A DNA stretch of 64,000 bases from Octopus sinensis (lineage: Eukaryota), in contig NC_042999.1 of NCBI RefSeq assembly GCF_006345805.1, positions 63,922,001 to 63,986,000 on the forward strand, in the 5' to 3' direction. This document shows positions 25,985 through 38,690 of this stretch, in pieces (the first letter of the stretch is position 1; every line of letters starts with the position of its first letter). Below the pieces are notes generated by a model. It did no database searches. It was given only the letters and a program-made list of their open reading frames with translations, and had not been told where the DNA came from. Position numbers and translations under genes: made by a program.

Positions 25985-26169
25985 CGCGTGTGTACCGTTG
26001 GCGATTTTTTCCCTCCGTATTCCCTTCCTTGGATCTTTCCTTTTCCTATGTTTCTGACGAAGAGCTCCGCTCGAAACGTTAAATCCTCCTTCTTTCTTTC
26101 CTTTCCTGAGCGTCCAATAACACTATACTTGTTCCACGTCCTCGCGTTGTTGTGTTTTCACGTTTGGAT

Positions 26170-26175
<6 letters not shown>
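25985..26175 (+). mobile_element. Short non-autonomous PLE-like element with a minimal hammerhead
   Basis: Contains ctgacga-a-gagc-tcc-gctc-gaaacgtt; ends in (TA)n. Confidence 0.7.
26050..26084 (+). ncRNA. Minimal type I hammerhead ribozyme motif
   Basis: Stem I gttt/aaat, core CUGACGA, stem II gagc/gctc, GAAAC, palindromic stem III AACGUU. Confidence 0.75.
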
Positions 26176-26238
<63 letters not shown>

Positions 26239-27794
26239 GAAAGAGATAAATGTAATCAGTGTTGCACTTATATAAATGTACTCTCAGAAATGCATTCACT
26301 TTCTCTTGTGTTATTTGTTGTAGTATCTATATTTAAAGAAAAAATTTTCTAAGACAAAGTACTTGAATTTAATGTGCGTTTGCAAGGGAAGTAATTAATG
26401 TATTTATCACCAGAGTTAATGTTCTTTAGTTCATATTCTAAATTAACAAGTTACTGATGATTATTTCCCCCATATTTTCCATATTTGATATTTAGTTGAA
26501 ATACGTAGAAGTCTGCAGGTCAATAAGAAGCTGATAGAAATAGTAGCCAAATCTACATTATATTACGCACAACTGCTTGAAAAGAGCGGATGTGACCTTT
26601 CGAGAGTGTGCCTCTACGTGGTCGCTCGAACTGTTAGAAATAGTGTTAGAAATAGTGGTGAAATAGTGTTTTTGAAAAGAATCGCAGTCATATATATTTA
26701 CAGCACACAAGAAAACGATAGGGCGATGGTTACGGTTAGAATATTTTTCATCTGAGGTCTGTTCGATCGGGTTTGAACTGAAGAACAACAAATTTGTCGC
26801 TGTCGTTTATCTTCTGATCATCCTTGATTGAGCAAACGTATAATGAGAGGCATTCCAGCCATGGCTGTCTCAAAGGTTTGGTTTTGTGGCAAAGAAGTTT
26901 GTTTTGTAATCACGTGATTTCGAGTTCACTCTCACATGGACAACCAACATTTTTTTGAGTGGATTTGGTAGACAGAAACTGTGCGGAAGCCTGTCGTTTG
27001 CGCGCGCATATGTATTTGTATATGGAGTTTGCATTTGTTTCTCACTGCTCCACAACCAGTGTCGGTTTGTTTACGTTCCTCTAAGCGATTTGGCAAAACA
27101 GAACAGGCAGAATAAAAACCAGACTTTAAAAAAACGTATTGGTGTCGATTTCTTTGACTAAACCGTTTGAGATTTTGCGCAGCATGACTGCAGTCCAATG
27201 AGTAAAACCCCCAAAAAATCTGACTAAAAGAGTACCAAATACTATATCATTCATATTTTTTTAAAGCGCGTTGGGTGTAATTTCAGAGAAGGTGGCTGCT
27301 GTTGTAACAACGCCAAGTAGAGCTTTCCACGTTGCTCGCTTGCCTCGTTGCTTGCTCGTCTGATGATCCATTATTATAGAGGTTCTCAAACAGAAATAAC
27401 AACCGCTCCTCATCAATATAATAATGAATATTTTTGACTCCTCTTTGTGAATTTGAAGACAAAATAGAATTTGTATCCATATAATTCTTTCTTTTCTATG
27501 GTGTCGGGAAAGTTTAAAAAGTTAAAAACCATCTTAAATATATTTAACAGGACAAGTTGCCCGCCCCCTTCCAATCATTACAGGCCCCACTACAATGAGA
27601 AATATTACACCATTACACGCTCAGATCATTTGTTCTGCCCGTCTTACTCAAAATATCGGAAGATATCTTACAGACAATATCATATAGTAACTTACAGGAG
27701 CGCCCATCTGTTTAGATGTAAAAGAAAGAATAATCTAATAATAATGAAATTATTGTATACAGTGCTCAGGTGCACCACAACAGGAAAAGTCGGT

Positions 27795-28070
27795 TTCGCG
27801 AAATTTGAACTCAAAACATAAAGACAGACGAAATACCTATTTCTTTATTACCCACAAGGGGCTAAACACAGAGGGGACAAGCAAGGACAGACACAGGTAT
27901 TAAGTCGATTACATCGACCCCAGTGCGTAACTGGTACTTAATTTATCGACCCCGAAAGGATGAAAGGCAAAGTCGACCTCGGCGGAATTTGAACTCACAA
28001 CGTAACGCAGACGAAATACCGCCAAGCGTTTCGCCCGGCGCGTTAACGTTTCTGCCAACTCTCCGTCTTA
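27795..28070 (-). mobile_element. SINE family B
   Basis: Family B with a partial tandem duplication. Confidence 0.85.
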
Positions 28071-28619
28071 TTCTTTATTAAAAGAAAGAATAATTTTACA
28101 GAATAATGTTACAGAGGTAATTTTTCAAAGAAATCAACTCTGATTCTTAACTTAGTTTCGATGCTCAGTTGGAATTACTACACAAAGTTTGTTGCCGTTT
28201 TAGTTCAGTCCCAAGTTGGCCCAGATTGAGCCAATGGGATTTCAGTTATCACATGTTTTTCTTTCTCTAGGCATGGTGTACCCATAACTAGATTATATTT
28301 AGGGTTGCCTTTAGTTTGCTTTTCTAGAGTGTAGAGTATGGTTTGAAAGAGATTTAGCTGTTATTCTTGTAAGTCAAACGACCATGTAAAGATCAAGTGA
28401 TCATGCAAGTACATGTTGAGTCTTATAGGATTCCACACAATTTTCGTTAACTCAATTACACTCACAGAGGTTCGATGGATCCAAGGCTATGATAGATGAT
28501 ACTGGCTCAAGGTGCCTTTGAGTGCATTCAAACCCGAAAATACGTAACTGCCATGCCTGCACCCAAAAAGGTAATTCATCGAAAATTTGTTACTGCTTAT
28601 GTTAGTAAACGTTTATGGA

Positions 28620-28921
28620 CAAACAAGCTCTTATAGTCTCTCAATGGAATAGTCTGCTAGTGAAATTAACGTGCAAGTGGCAAAGCACTACACAGACAGG
28701 CGTATCCTTAACGTAGTTCTCAGGGAGATTCAGTGTGACACAAAGTGTAACAAGGCCGGCCCTTTGAAATACAGATACTACACATTTTTACAAGCTAAGT
28801 GAACTAGAGCAACTTGAAATAAAGTACCTTACTCAAGGACACAACGCGTCGCCGGGAATTGAACTCACGACCTTACGATCATGAGCCGAAAACCCTAACC
28901 ACTAGGCCATGGGCCTTCACT
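28620..28921 (-). mobile_element. tRNA-derived SINE family E
   Basis: Reverse complement of gtgaaggc..tggc.tagtggttaggg...gagttcaattccc, as at 57728. Confidence 0.8.
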
Positions 28922-28939
28922 ACACACACACACACACAC

Positions 28940-29973
28940 GCACGCACATGACAGAAGTAACTAGACACCATGATAATTAAAATTTATCTAAATATGAAAT
29001 TATACATTCAAATTATTTATTAATAGTTATAAAGTGAATATTTAATATTTAGTAGACATGCCCTTTGCCTATTTCAATGCAAGGACCCTATTAGGCATGT
29101 TACTGATCAGATGCCAAGTTTCATGCAGTAATCTCAAAATATTTGGCTTTGAAGATGCTTTCTTGTTCTTTTTATGAAGTATCCTGTCCATTATGTCCCA
29201 AAGGTATTCAATAAGGTTCATATCTGGTGACTGGCTTGGCCATGGAAGCTTTTTAATGCCATTCTCATCCAACAAATTGCTCCCCAGATCATCACGGAAT
29301 AGCTGCCATGTTTCATTGTTGGCTGCAATCTTCTCACATCAAATTCTTGATCACAGAGTCTCCAGACCCACACTCGACCACTATCAGGAAATACAGCAAA
29401 TCTGGACTCATCAGAGAATATGACAGTGTCCCAAATTACTAGTGGCCTCTCCACCATCTCACTGACCCAATCTTTTCTCCGCTTGATGTTGGCTGGTTAA
29501 AGAAGTGGCTTACTTTTTGCTGCTCAGCCATATGTAATCAAGTTTGTGGAGATACCTGACAGCTGTTCTGGGATTGGCGTCAACTTTTTCTGCGATGTCA
29601 GAGGCCTTGCAACGAGGATTATCCTCCACACTTCTCTTAGTAAAGAGAAGGGTCCTGGTTGATCTGGGTGATGTGGACCCCTTCCATTCACTGGGGAATT
29701 GCACAATCACTCTGTTAACTGTCCAACGCGGGATCCCAAGGCTTTCTGCGATTTTACGCTGACTATGTCCACCTTCAGAATGACCCACAACACGGCCTCT
29801 TTGAAATTCAGACAATTCCAAGGCTTCTTTTGTACATGGCATGATTGAACAGTTACATATAGAACCTGAAAGGTAAAAATGTCAATTAATAAAAGATAAA
29901 AACCTTTACAAGTTAGAATAAACGTAAAGCGATGTTTTATGGGGTGTCTATTTACTTCTGTCGCGTGCGCGTA
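28940..29973 (-). mobile_element. Tc1-family transposon, degenerate transposase
   Basis: TIRs ...gacagaagtaa.tagacacc at both ends. [21 protein letters not shown] and [12 protein letters not shown] motifs in three frames. Confidence 0.9.
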
Positions 29974-29976
29974 AGT

Positions 29977-30205
29977 GTGTATTATCCGAAGTGTACATAA
30001 ATTATATACCCATCACGGTCGATCTTACCCACCGGTTTCGCACTAGGGGTACAATGGAGTGTTACGTAACAACCTGATTGTACAACTCTAAGCTCATCAG
30101 AGGTAGCCGATATGGAATGAAATATAGTGGCTACTCTCTATAACACAGAGCGGGAAACCGATTAGTAAGATGGATATATAATACTGTTTACTTCGGATAA
30201 TATAC
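29977..30205. mobile_element. MITE-like element
   Basis: 21-bp imperfect TIRs gtgtattatccgaagtgtaca / tgtttacttcggataatatac. Confidence 0.45.
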
Positions 30206-30536
30206 CCATTCTATTGACAAATATACGAGGGCATCTTTTTCCTGACTTTTAGACGACTTACGCGCATATATATATATATATATACAATTTAGAGAGAAAC
30301 CGCTATTTAGTTATTCCATCAATAGTAAAAAAAAGATTTTATCTATAATAACCACATAGAAATTAATTATATATATTATAATTTTTATTCTAAAAATCTC
30401 ATAACAAATCAAACATTAAACATTAAATTCTAAATTTTATATATATGACGCGGGGTGGCGTCATTCAAAGGCTAAAACAATGCGAACGCATTGTGACCAG
30501 CGATGTGTAACAACATCTGATGGTCTGGTCGGTCAT

Positions 30537-30597
<61 letters not shown>

Positions 30598-30904
30598 AAT
30601 GGATAAATGTTTCGTTCTCGATCCAAGCCAGGCTCATGAGCGTTGGTTTCTTGGTTTCATGGCGTATATATTCCCCATTTGAATAGGACGCTGGTGTGTC
30701 ACAGGATTACTGCTTTTTGCCAGCGGAGTGGACTGGAGCGACGTGAAATGAAGTGTTTTGCTCAAGAACACGACGCGTCGCACAATCTTACAATCATTAG
30801 TCAAACACTAAGCCACACGTCTCCACTATACACACACACACACACACACACACTCACACACACACACATACACACACACACATGTATGTAAGTATATATA
30901 TATT

Positions 30905-31083
30905 GGCGTAGGAGTGGCTGTGAGGTAAGTAGCTTGCTTACCAACTACACGGTTCCGGGTTCAGTCCCACTGCATAGTACCTCGGGCAGGTGTCTTCTAC
31001 TACAGCCTCGAGCCGACCAAAGCCTTGTAGACGGAAACTGAAAGAAGCCCGTCGTATATATATATATATATATATATATGTGT

Positions 31084-31132
<49 letters not shown>

Positions 31133-31332
31133 GATTGTATGCATGTGTTTGTCTCCCCATCATCGCTTGCCAACCAATGTTGGTGAGTTTACGTCCCCGT
31201 AACTTAGCGGTTTGACACAAAGACTGATAGAAGAAAGTACTAGGCTTGCAAAGAATAAGTCCTGCGGCTGATTTGCTCGACTAAAGGCGGTTGTCCAGCA
31301 TGGCCGCAGTCAAATGACTGAAACAAATAAAA

Positions 31333-31335
<3 letters not shown>
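30905..31335 (+). mobile_element. SINE family A
   Basis: Full-length match. Confidence 0.85.
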
Positions 31336-31364
<29 letters not shown>

Positions 31365-31367
<3 letters not shown>

Positions 31368-32620
31368 CCCTGATTACCTTCCTCTGCCTGGAACCTCATA
31401 TGTCACAACATAGCGAAGACATGACACGATGTAGGTAAAGAAATTTGAGAAATTTTAAAAGAAAATACGAAACCGGTTATTTCTCCAAAAACTATGTTAC
31501 TATACACAAAATTTTATAACATTTTTCTAACATAACGACTTAAATATATTCTTTAACCTTATAACACAAGCCTTCTGTAGTTTTTCCACTCTTTTTTATT
31601 TTTTATACATCGAACCACGTACTCTCACACACCAACTCCTATATATATATAGGTGAGAGAGTTGGTGTGTGAGAGTACGTGGTTCGATGTATAAAAAATG
31701 AAAAAGAGTGGAAAAACTACAGAAGGCTTGTGTTATAAGGTTAAAGAATATATTTAAGTCGTTATGTTAGAAAAATGTTATAAAATTTTGTGTATAGTAA
31801 CATAGTTTTTGGAGAAATAACCGGTTTCGTATTTTCTTTTAAAATTTCTCAAATTTCTTTACCTACATCGTGTCATGTCTTCGCTATGTTGTGACATATG
31901 GGGTTCCAGGCAGAGGAAGGTAATCAGGGATTTCTTCTGGTATAAGGGAGATAATAGTTTTATATTATTTCAATGAGATGAGTTTCCTTGTTTAAATATG
32001 TTAGAAATGGTTAAGTTTTGGCTTATATTTTTCAATGAAGAATGTTTCCTTGTCTAATCTAATTTGTGTTGGTGTTCCAATAGCACATTTATAGAATGGA
32101 AAGATTATAAATTGTGGTAGTAGTTGCTTTGCGCATTTATCAATATGTTCACTAAAGGGTATCGTTTTGTATTCTGGGAATGCAATCTGTAGTCAATGCA
32201 GAGTGCATCTGCGTCTGAGCGATAATCCCGTGGACCCTATGTAGCTTTGGCGGCAGCCCGAGCATCTTATGACATAAATTAGGTTTTCTGAAGCACAAGT
32301 AAAATTAGATTTGATCTTGAATTTTTTACCCTCTTTGAAGAGGAATTCTGATCCTTCTAGAAGATTTGGGCATGTTGCGCAGTTTGGTATACCACATTTT
32401 TTTTACTTTTGCATCCGTTATTTCAGAAAACAATTTTGCCCTGTGAGGATCTTTTTTAGTGATTTAGGTTGTTTGTAGCTTTTAATGATTTTATGTATGT
32501 TTAAAATTTCCTTTAATTTGGGGTCCTTATGAAGCATTGGTAAATTCTGGGTGATGATGGTGAAGGTTTCTTTGTTTCTGGGGTTGTATTTATATGTACG
32601 ACGAGTTTATTTCAGTGTGT
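31365..32620 (-). mobile_element. Penelope-like element 3' part: GIY-YIG endonuclease remnant plus tail-to-tail inverted terminal repeats
   Basis: Minus frame reads KCGIPNCATCPNL...FTCASENLIYVIRCSGCRQSYIGSTGLSLRRRCTLH...SEHIDKC. 31365-31638 is a near-perfect inverse of 31659-31932. Confidence 0.88.
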
Positions 32621-33114
32621 GTGTACCAAATCCACTCACAAGGCTTTGGCCGTCCCGGGGCTACAATAAAATACACTTTTCCAATGTGCCGCGCAGCAGT
32701 GGGAGTGAACCCGGGACCAAGAGGCTGGGAAGCAAACTTATTACCTCACAGCCACTCTGGAGAAATAGAACTCAATAAATGAGTGTATTATATTTTCATT
32801 GTTTAATCAGCAGCAAATTACAAAAGTGACTTCGGCTGCTGTCTTGGTTTGGGGATGGATTCTTCTTCTATATTTGGGTGCTGAAAACTGGAGATAATTA
32901 CAGCGAACTCTCTTTTCATTACGTGTTTCAATTAATACGTAAAAAAAACCCCAAAATATTTGTTTCTTTTCCATCATGAAATGTGACCGGAATTTCCAGC
33001 CGGAATTTGTAACTTTCAATCCCTAGAAAGTTACAAAAGTATCTGAAGAACCAAGGGGCTTGTGCGTTGCACTCATTAAACTGTTTGAGTTTGTGTATGT
33101 GTTGTGCATATACC

Positions 33115-33360
33115 TGTGAGCTGGCAGAAACGTTAGAAAGGCGGCGAGCTGACAGAAACGTTAGCACGCCGGACGAAATGCGTATCCGTATTTCGTCTGC
33201 CGTTACATTCTGGGTTCAAATTCTGCCGAGGTCGACTTTGCCTTTCATCCTTTCGAGGTCGATAAATTAAATACCAGTTACGCACTGGGGTCGATGTAAT
33301 CAACTTAATTCGTTTGTCTGTCCCCTCTATGTTTAGCCCCTTGTGGGTAATAAAGAAACA
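33115..33360 (+). mobile_element. SINE family B
   Basis: Family B head, body and tail. Confidence 0.85.
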
Positions 33361-33671
33361 TATACGTGTGTGTGTGTGTGTGTGTGTGTAAGGTAAGAGA
33401 AATACCTCACTGGTATGAATGTAGAGAATAAAACCTAAGTGTATTAAACAACGCACACGATAAATTTTTGATTTTTGATTGAAATTATCTTCACTTCGAA
33501 GTAACTGACTGGTCATTAAGGAAACGACAGTCTGTTCTTTTTGGAATGAAGAAGACAGCTGCGACACATGTTTCGGCATCGATAGGTGTCCTTGTCATAG
33601 CTATTGCCCGACTTTGACTCTAACAAAAATAAGACTTAGGCATATACGAAAAGAATAGGCAACATTTATGG

Positions 33672-33821
33672 TTCTATATTTAAGAGATGAGGAATTATGT
33701 ACATTGTTTACATTATTTATTAACCACTACGCAATATGCTCACAGTCATATGGCGTAGTGGTTAAGAGCGAGGGCTACTAACCCCAAAACTCAGAGTTCG
33801 ATTCTAGGCAGTGACCTTGAT

Positions 33822-33885
<64 letters not shown>

Positions 33886-34050
33886 GCAACATCAAACAAT
33901 ACCTTAGGAATGAGAACCCAGGTTCAAAATTTCCCCAAGACACCTGATGAAGGCTGGAGGGTATATCAGCCGAAACGTTGTGTTAACAACAAAGATGAGG
34001 ACAAATATCCGTCAAATATAAATAATGTAAATAATGCAAATAATGAACAT
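33672..34050 (+). mobile_element. Composite element: inverted tail+head fragment, tRNA-like head, (AAT)n, hammerhead-bearing tail
   Basis: A box tggcgtagtgg (33751) and B box gagttcgattc (33794); HHR at 33939-33984; same modules at 58087-58340. Confidence 0.75.
33939..33984 (+). ncRNA. Minimal type I hammerhead ribozyme motif
   Basis: Stem I gacac/gtgtt, CUGAUGA + extra A, stem II ggctg/cagcc (10-nt loop), GAAAC, GUU with palindromic AACGUU. Confidence 0.8.
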
Positions 34051-34442
34051 TTATGGCGCAGAAAAATTTGCATAATTAAAACGAAAAGAGTTAAGAGAAG
34101 TAATTCAGTGTGGACAGTGACCTGATTTTGGATTATGAAGATCAATAAAGGTATATTAAATATCATACAAATGCTTGAATTCTTGAAATTATTTCCGCCT
34201 CATGGGGAAGTAAGCAAACACCTGGTGTCAGCTGCTACCGATTATGAATGAGAAAGGGAAATAATCTCAAGAATATAAAGTTATCCGAAATTGACATGTC
34301 AAGAAGTCAGTCTGTATTTTTTTGAAGACAAGAGGACAGCTGTGGACACGTGTTTATGTCATATACATACATACATATGTATATATATATATAGGTATGT
34401 AGGTATACATACATACATGCATACATACATACATACATACAT

Positions 34443-34511
<69 letters not shown>

Positions 34512-34514
<3 letters not shown>

Positions 34515-34700
34515 CGCCATGATTGACCGCTAGCTACTAAAGTTTTCTTTTTGTATTCTGTCTCTGTTTATATTCTCGTGCTCCTTTCTGTTGAAGAGCG
34601 TAGGCTCGAAACGTAAAAGACTTCCTCACCATCCCGAGCGTTAAATTAATACACCCGTTTGTTGTCTTTCGTTTTTTTTTGGAAATTACAACCATAAATA
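34512..34700 (+). mobile_element. Short PLE-like element with variant HHR core (CUGUUGA)
   Basis: cttt-ctgttga-a-gagc-gtag-gctc-gaaac-gta-aaag; homologous to 50920-51115. Confidence 0.65.
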
Positions 34701-34869
34701 TAAATTTTTTGCCCTCAAATGTATATACACGTTAACAGCCGATAACTAAATTTTCATTTTATTTTCTATTTATTCCGTTAGGAATAATTAAGGGAAACAA
34801 ACTAAGCTTTGGACAAAAGTACTACTGGAAGTTTATAAACGCAATCGAACTGCAAAGACAGTTTAGGAA

Positions 34870-35721
34870 GAAGTTTTAAACAGATCTACTTACTCATCAT
34901 CACTCGAAGTTTGAAACAGATGGTCACAAAAATCTCCCAGAAGACTACAGACATCAACGAGCCCCACAAGGCAGGAAAAGATACAAGAAACAGGTTCAGA
35001 ATCCTAGAAAATCTGTGCAGCAGCAATTAATGAGATGAGAATTTCAAAACTAAGCGTCCATCGCACCTTGAAGCGTTCTCAGTGGAAAAGTTACATTCCT
35101 GGAAGACCCTGTGTTTCCAATGGAGAAGATTCGGACCGAAGGATGGAATTTTGCAGGTGATACTTGGCAAGATGCGTAGAAGATGTAACTTTCCAACAAA
35201 GATTATAATGATGAGGCAACATTTAAATTAAACGGTTCAATTAACTGCCAAAATTGCATCTACTGCTGACTTAGAGTTCGGTTATTACAGAGGAACTTCA
35301 TATCAATTTAATAAGAGGAGTTACGGTATAGTGTAACTTATCATCAAAAAGATTTATTGGGCCATTCTTTTTTGACGGTACTGTGAGTGGTCCCACTTAC
35401 TTGAATTTGCTTACACGACAATCTGTCGTGTAAAGCACCCAAGAAAATTACGAAGATGAGTTTTATTTCTAACAAGGCGGGCCACTCTTGCACTATCATA
35501 GTATTGTTTGGTCCTACTTTCATGAAATTTTGCCAAAGACGAGGATTGGACGCAGAGTTTCATCAACTTACACTCCGCCTTCATTTGACCTTGCATCACT
35601 AGACTTTTTGTGAAGACGCTTAAAAGATTGTCCTAAATTTTGAAAAGGAAAAATGGATTTTAATAGACCGACTTTATGATCATTCAATGTCTGCTCTGCA
35701 TACATTTTTGGGGACACATTG

Positions 35722-35722
<1 letters not shown>
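34870..35722 (+). mobile_element. Tc1/mariner-superfamily remnant
   Basis: DEATFKLNGSINCQNCIY and [16 protein letters not shown] fragments; TIR-like end catttttgggacacattgta. Confidence 0.7.
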
Positions 35723-35771
<49 letters not shown>

Positions 35772-35774
35772 ATA

Positions 35775-35832
<58 letters not shown>

Positions 35833-35867
35833 AAAAGGGGATTTGACTCCAATTTTCTCTCTCTCAC

Positions 35868-35913
<46 letters not shown>

Positions 35914-36007
35914 CATATACACACACACATGCATAACATGTTTATATGCACAAACACACATGTATTATACACACCTCCCACACACATATTTATGTGTATA
36001 TACATAC

Positions 36008-36038
<31 letters not shown>

Positions 36039-36890
36039 AATTTCTAAGTACGTATGTATTTATACGTCTGTATACTCATATGTATGCACATTTATGTGTG
36101 CGCGCGCACGTCTGTGCATATTTGCATTACAGAAATATATTTTTAACAGTTTAAACATAGAATTTAAATTTATTATTAATAACACATATGTAAAATATAT
36201 AAAAGGTAAAATAAAAACCATACGGTAAAGATATAAATAATAATTATGTTCCCCCCCTCTCCCAAATATTGCGAAATTAAATTATGAAACCAGCAGAGGT
36301 CTGAGTCAAGAATGCAATATGTATTTTTATGTATATTTTGAAATTGTTTATAATTTATTGTAAGATTTCGTAAAGAAATCTCTTGGGATATAATTTGCGG
36401 AATGTTTTGAGAGAATTTCAGAAATGTGTTATTTCCTTGTTAATCCTTTCTCGAGAGGCTATTTTGATAAATATATCTTAATTGATCTTATCCAAATAAT
36501 CAATAATTTTATTTTTAGGGTTTCTACGTAATACTTGAGTGTGTTTTGTAGAAAATAAAACAGAAAATATTCACAACATTTTAGTGGTGATAGGGTAGAG
36601 GTTGTGGAAGTGGTGGTGCGTTTAAAAAATCTTTTTCATAAAATTTTATGAATTCACTTCCTAATTAACTCATGTTACGTCACCTGAGATATCCCTCTCA
36701 CATCACAGCTAAAATATAATCCCATCCGATAACTTCCTTCCTTTCTTTCTTTCTTTCCTTCCTTTAAAAGAAAATATGTTGGCCACTTTAAGTGGTTTCT
36801 AACTTAGCTTCAGTACATATAGTTATGACCAATAGGGCCATAGATTTGAGTACCAAACAAAATAATCTCCATGTGGTATTTAAAAATATG

Positions 36891-37095
36891 AAGGCGGCGA
36901 GCTGGCAGAAACGTTAGCACGCCGGGCGAAATGCTTAGCAGTATTTCGTCTGTCGCTACGTTCTGAGTTCAAATTCCGCCGAGGTCGACCTTGCCTTTCA
37001 TCCTTTCGGGGTCGATTAAATAAGTACCAGTTACGCACTGGGGTCGATATAATCGACTTAATCTATTTGTCTGTCCTTGTTTGTCCTCTCTGTGT
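36891..37095 (+). mobile_element. SINE family B
   Basis: Family B head and body. Confidence 0.85.
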
Positions 37096-37545
37096 GTAAA
37101 GAATTAAGTATTAAAAAAAATATGTATGCATCCCAAGTCATATTTATATCTTTAATAATCTTATATTTAGTCTCTTTGGGAATGTAGGATCAATGCTGAA
37201 ACAATATCGCATGGTTTTCCGAAGTTGACTTTGCCTTTCATCCTTTCGGGGTCGATAAATTAAGTACCAGTTTCGTACTAGAATCGATCTAATCGACTGG
37301 CCCCCTCCACCAAAATTTCGGGCCTTGTGCCTAGAGTAGAAAAGAATATCGCAAGGTTTTCGACAGTTTGGAGTGAAGATCAAATTTAATAGTTTCGTCT
37401 TCTTTATTAAGAACTCATCAGTGATCGCTTACTTTTGTTTTCCAAGTTACCGAAACAACAGAAACAAGAAGTTAATTTTAATTTTTTTTCCTCCCATCTG
37501 GGAAAGAAGAACCCTCGTTTCCTCCGCCCTCCCATAAGTGAAAAG

Positions 37546-37597
<52 letters not shown>

Positions 37598-38414
37598 GGG
37601 AGAGGGAGAGAGAAGGAGAGAGAGAAATAGGGATAATAGAATTGAAGTTGAAGAAAGGAAGAATATAAAGGAGCTACAAAGAAAAAAAGAAATAAGAAAA
37701 AAACAAAACAAGAGCAAGAACAACGACGGCGACTCCCCACCTCCACGACAACCACCACCACCACCACCACCACCACCACAACAACAACAACAACAAACAC
37801 TACAGCAAGAAAACAATGACTACGACGACAATGTCGATGATGGCGGCGTGGGCAGTGACGATGGCAGTAGTGTGAAAGGCATAAACTTGCTGCACAATAT
37901 TGTTTACGAAAGAAAGTCTTCTGCATCTCAATGGAATTCTATAATACTTCAAACAGTCTTATCTTTAGCGATCTCCATAATACATCAATCATTCCATGAC
38001 AGATTCTGTGCTCCAAATAGTTCGTTACCCCATCATTGTAAACCTTTGACCTGCCTGGCAAATTTTTTTCTAATTATTTTAAAATTGTGTTATTCTAAAT
38101 ATAGTTTTGAAATAGAAGTGTTGGTTGTTTATCTCTCCTCTTTATACGCATGTTCCAGTCACGTTTCTGCAGCTGCATTTTGGTGAGTAGATTGCCAGAA
38201 TTGTTTGAACGTCGAAAAATTGTGAGGTTTCCCTTCGTGGTCGCAATTATTACAAGGGCGATAATAATTCGAAATAGTGCAATTTGAATTTGAAATTAAG
38301 GAATTATAAGGAAATAAAATCCACAGAATTTACATATTTATAGTTCTGCTTTTTGTTTACTTATTACGATGTAATAGGTAAAGAAAGATATTCCGACCGT
38401 GACCATACAATGCT

Positions 38415-38690
38415 CTTAAAACTACATTATCAAATATGCTCTTATTTTTCTATGATTGTAGCGTGTGATTTGAGGGACATTTGGCTGTTATTTTGGGAGG
38501 TTACATCTTAAAACTACATTATCAAATATGGTCTTATTTTTCTGTGATTGTAGCGTGTGATTTGAGGGACATTTGGCTGTTATTTTGGGAGGTTATGTCT
38601 TAAAACTACATTATCAAATATGGTCTTATTTTTCTGTGAATGTAGGGTGTGATTTGAGGGACATTTGGCTGTTATTTTAGGAGGTTATGT
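38415..38690 (+). repeat. Three tandem 92-bp units
   Basis: cttaaaactacattatcaaatatg... starts at 38415, 38507 and 38599. Confidence 0.9.

Noticed and set aside
31425-31480. Possible HHR in the PLE terminal repeat (gaaaccggtt palindrome)
   Set aside because: There is no acceptable CUGANGA (best are cacgatgta or gcgaaga) and no stem I pairing.
33745-33816. Functional tRNA gene
   Set aside because: There is no complete acceptor stem or terminator, and it is part of a repeated composite element.
38159-38182. 24-nt plus-strand microexon (ttccag| ... |gtgagt)
   Set aside because: Splice-like motifs of this quality arise by chance, and there is no supporting neighbouring exon.
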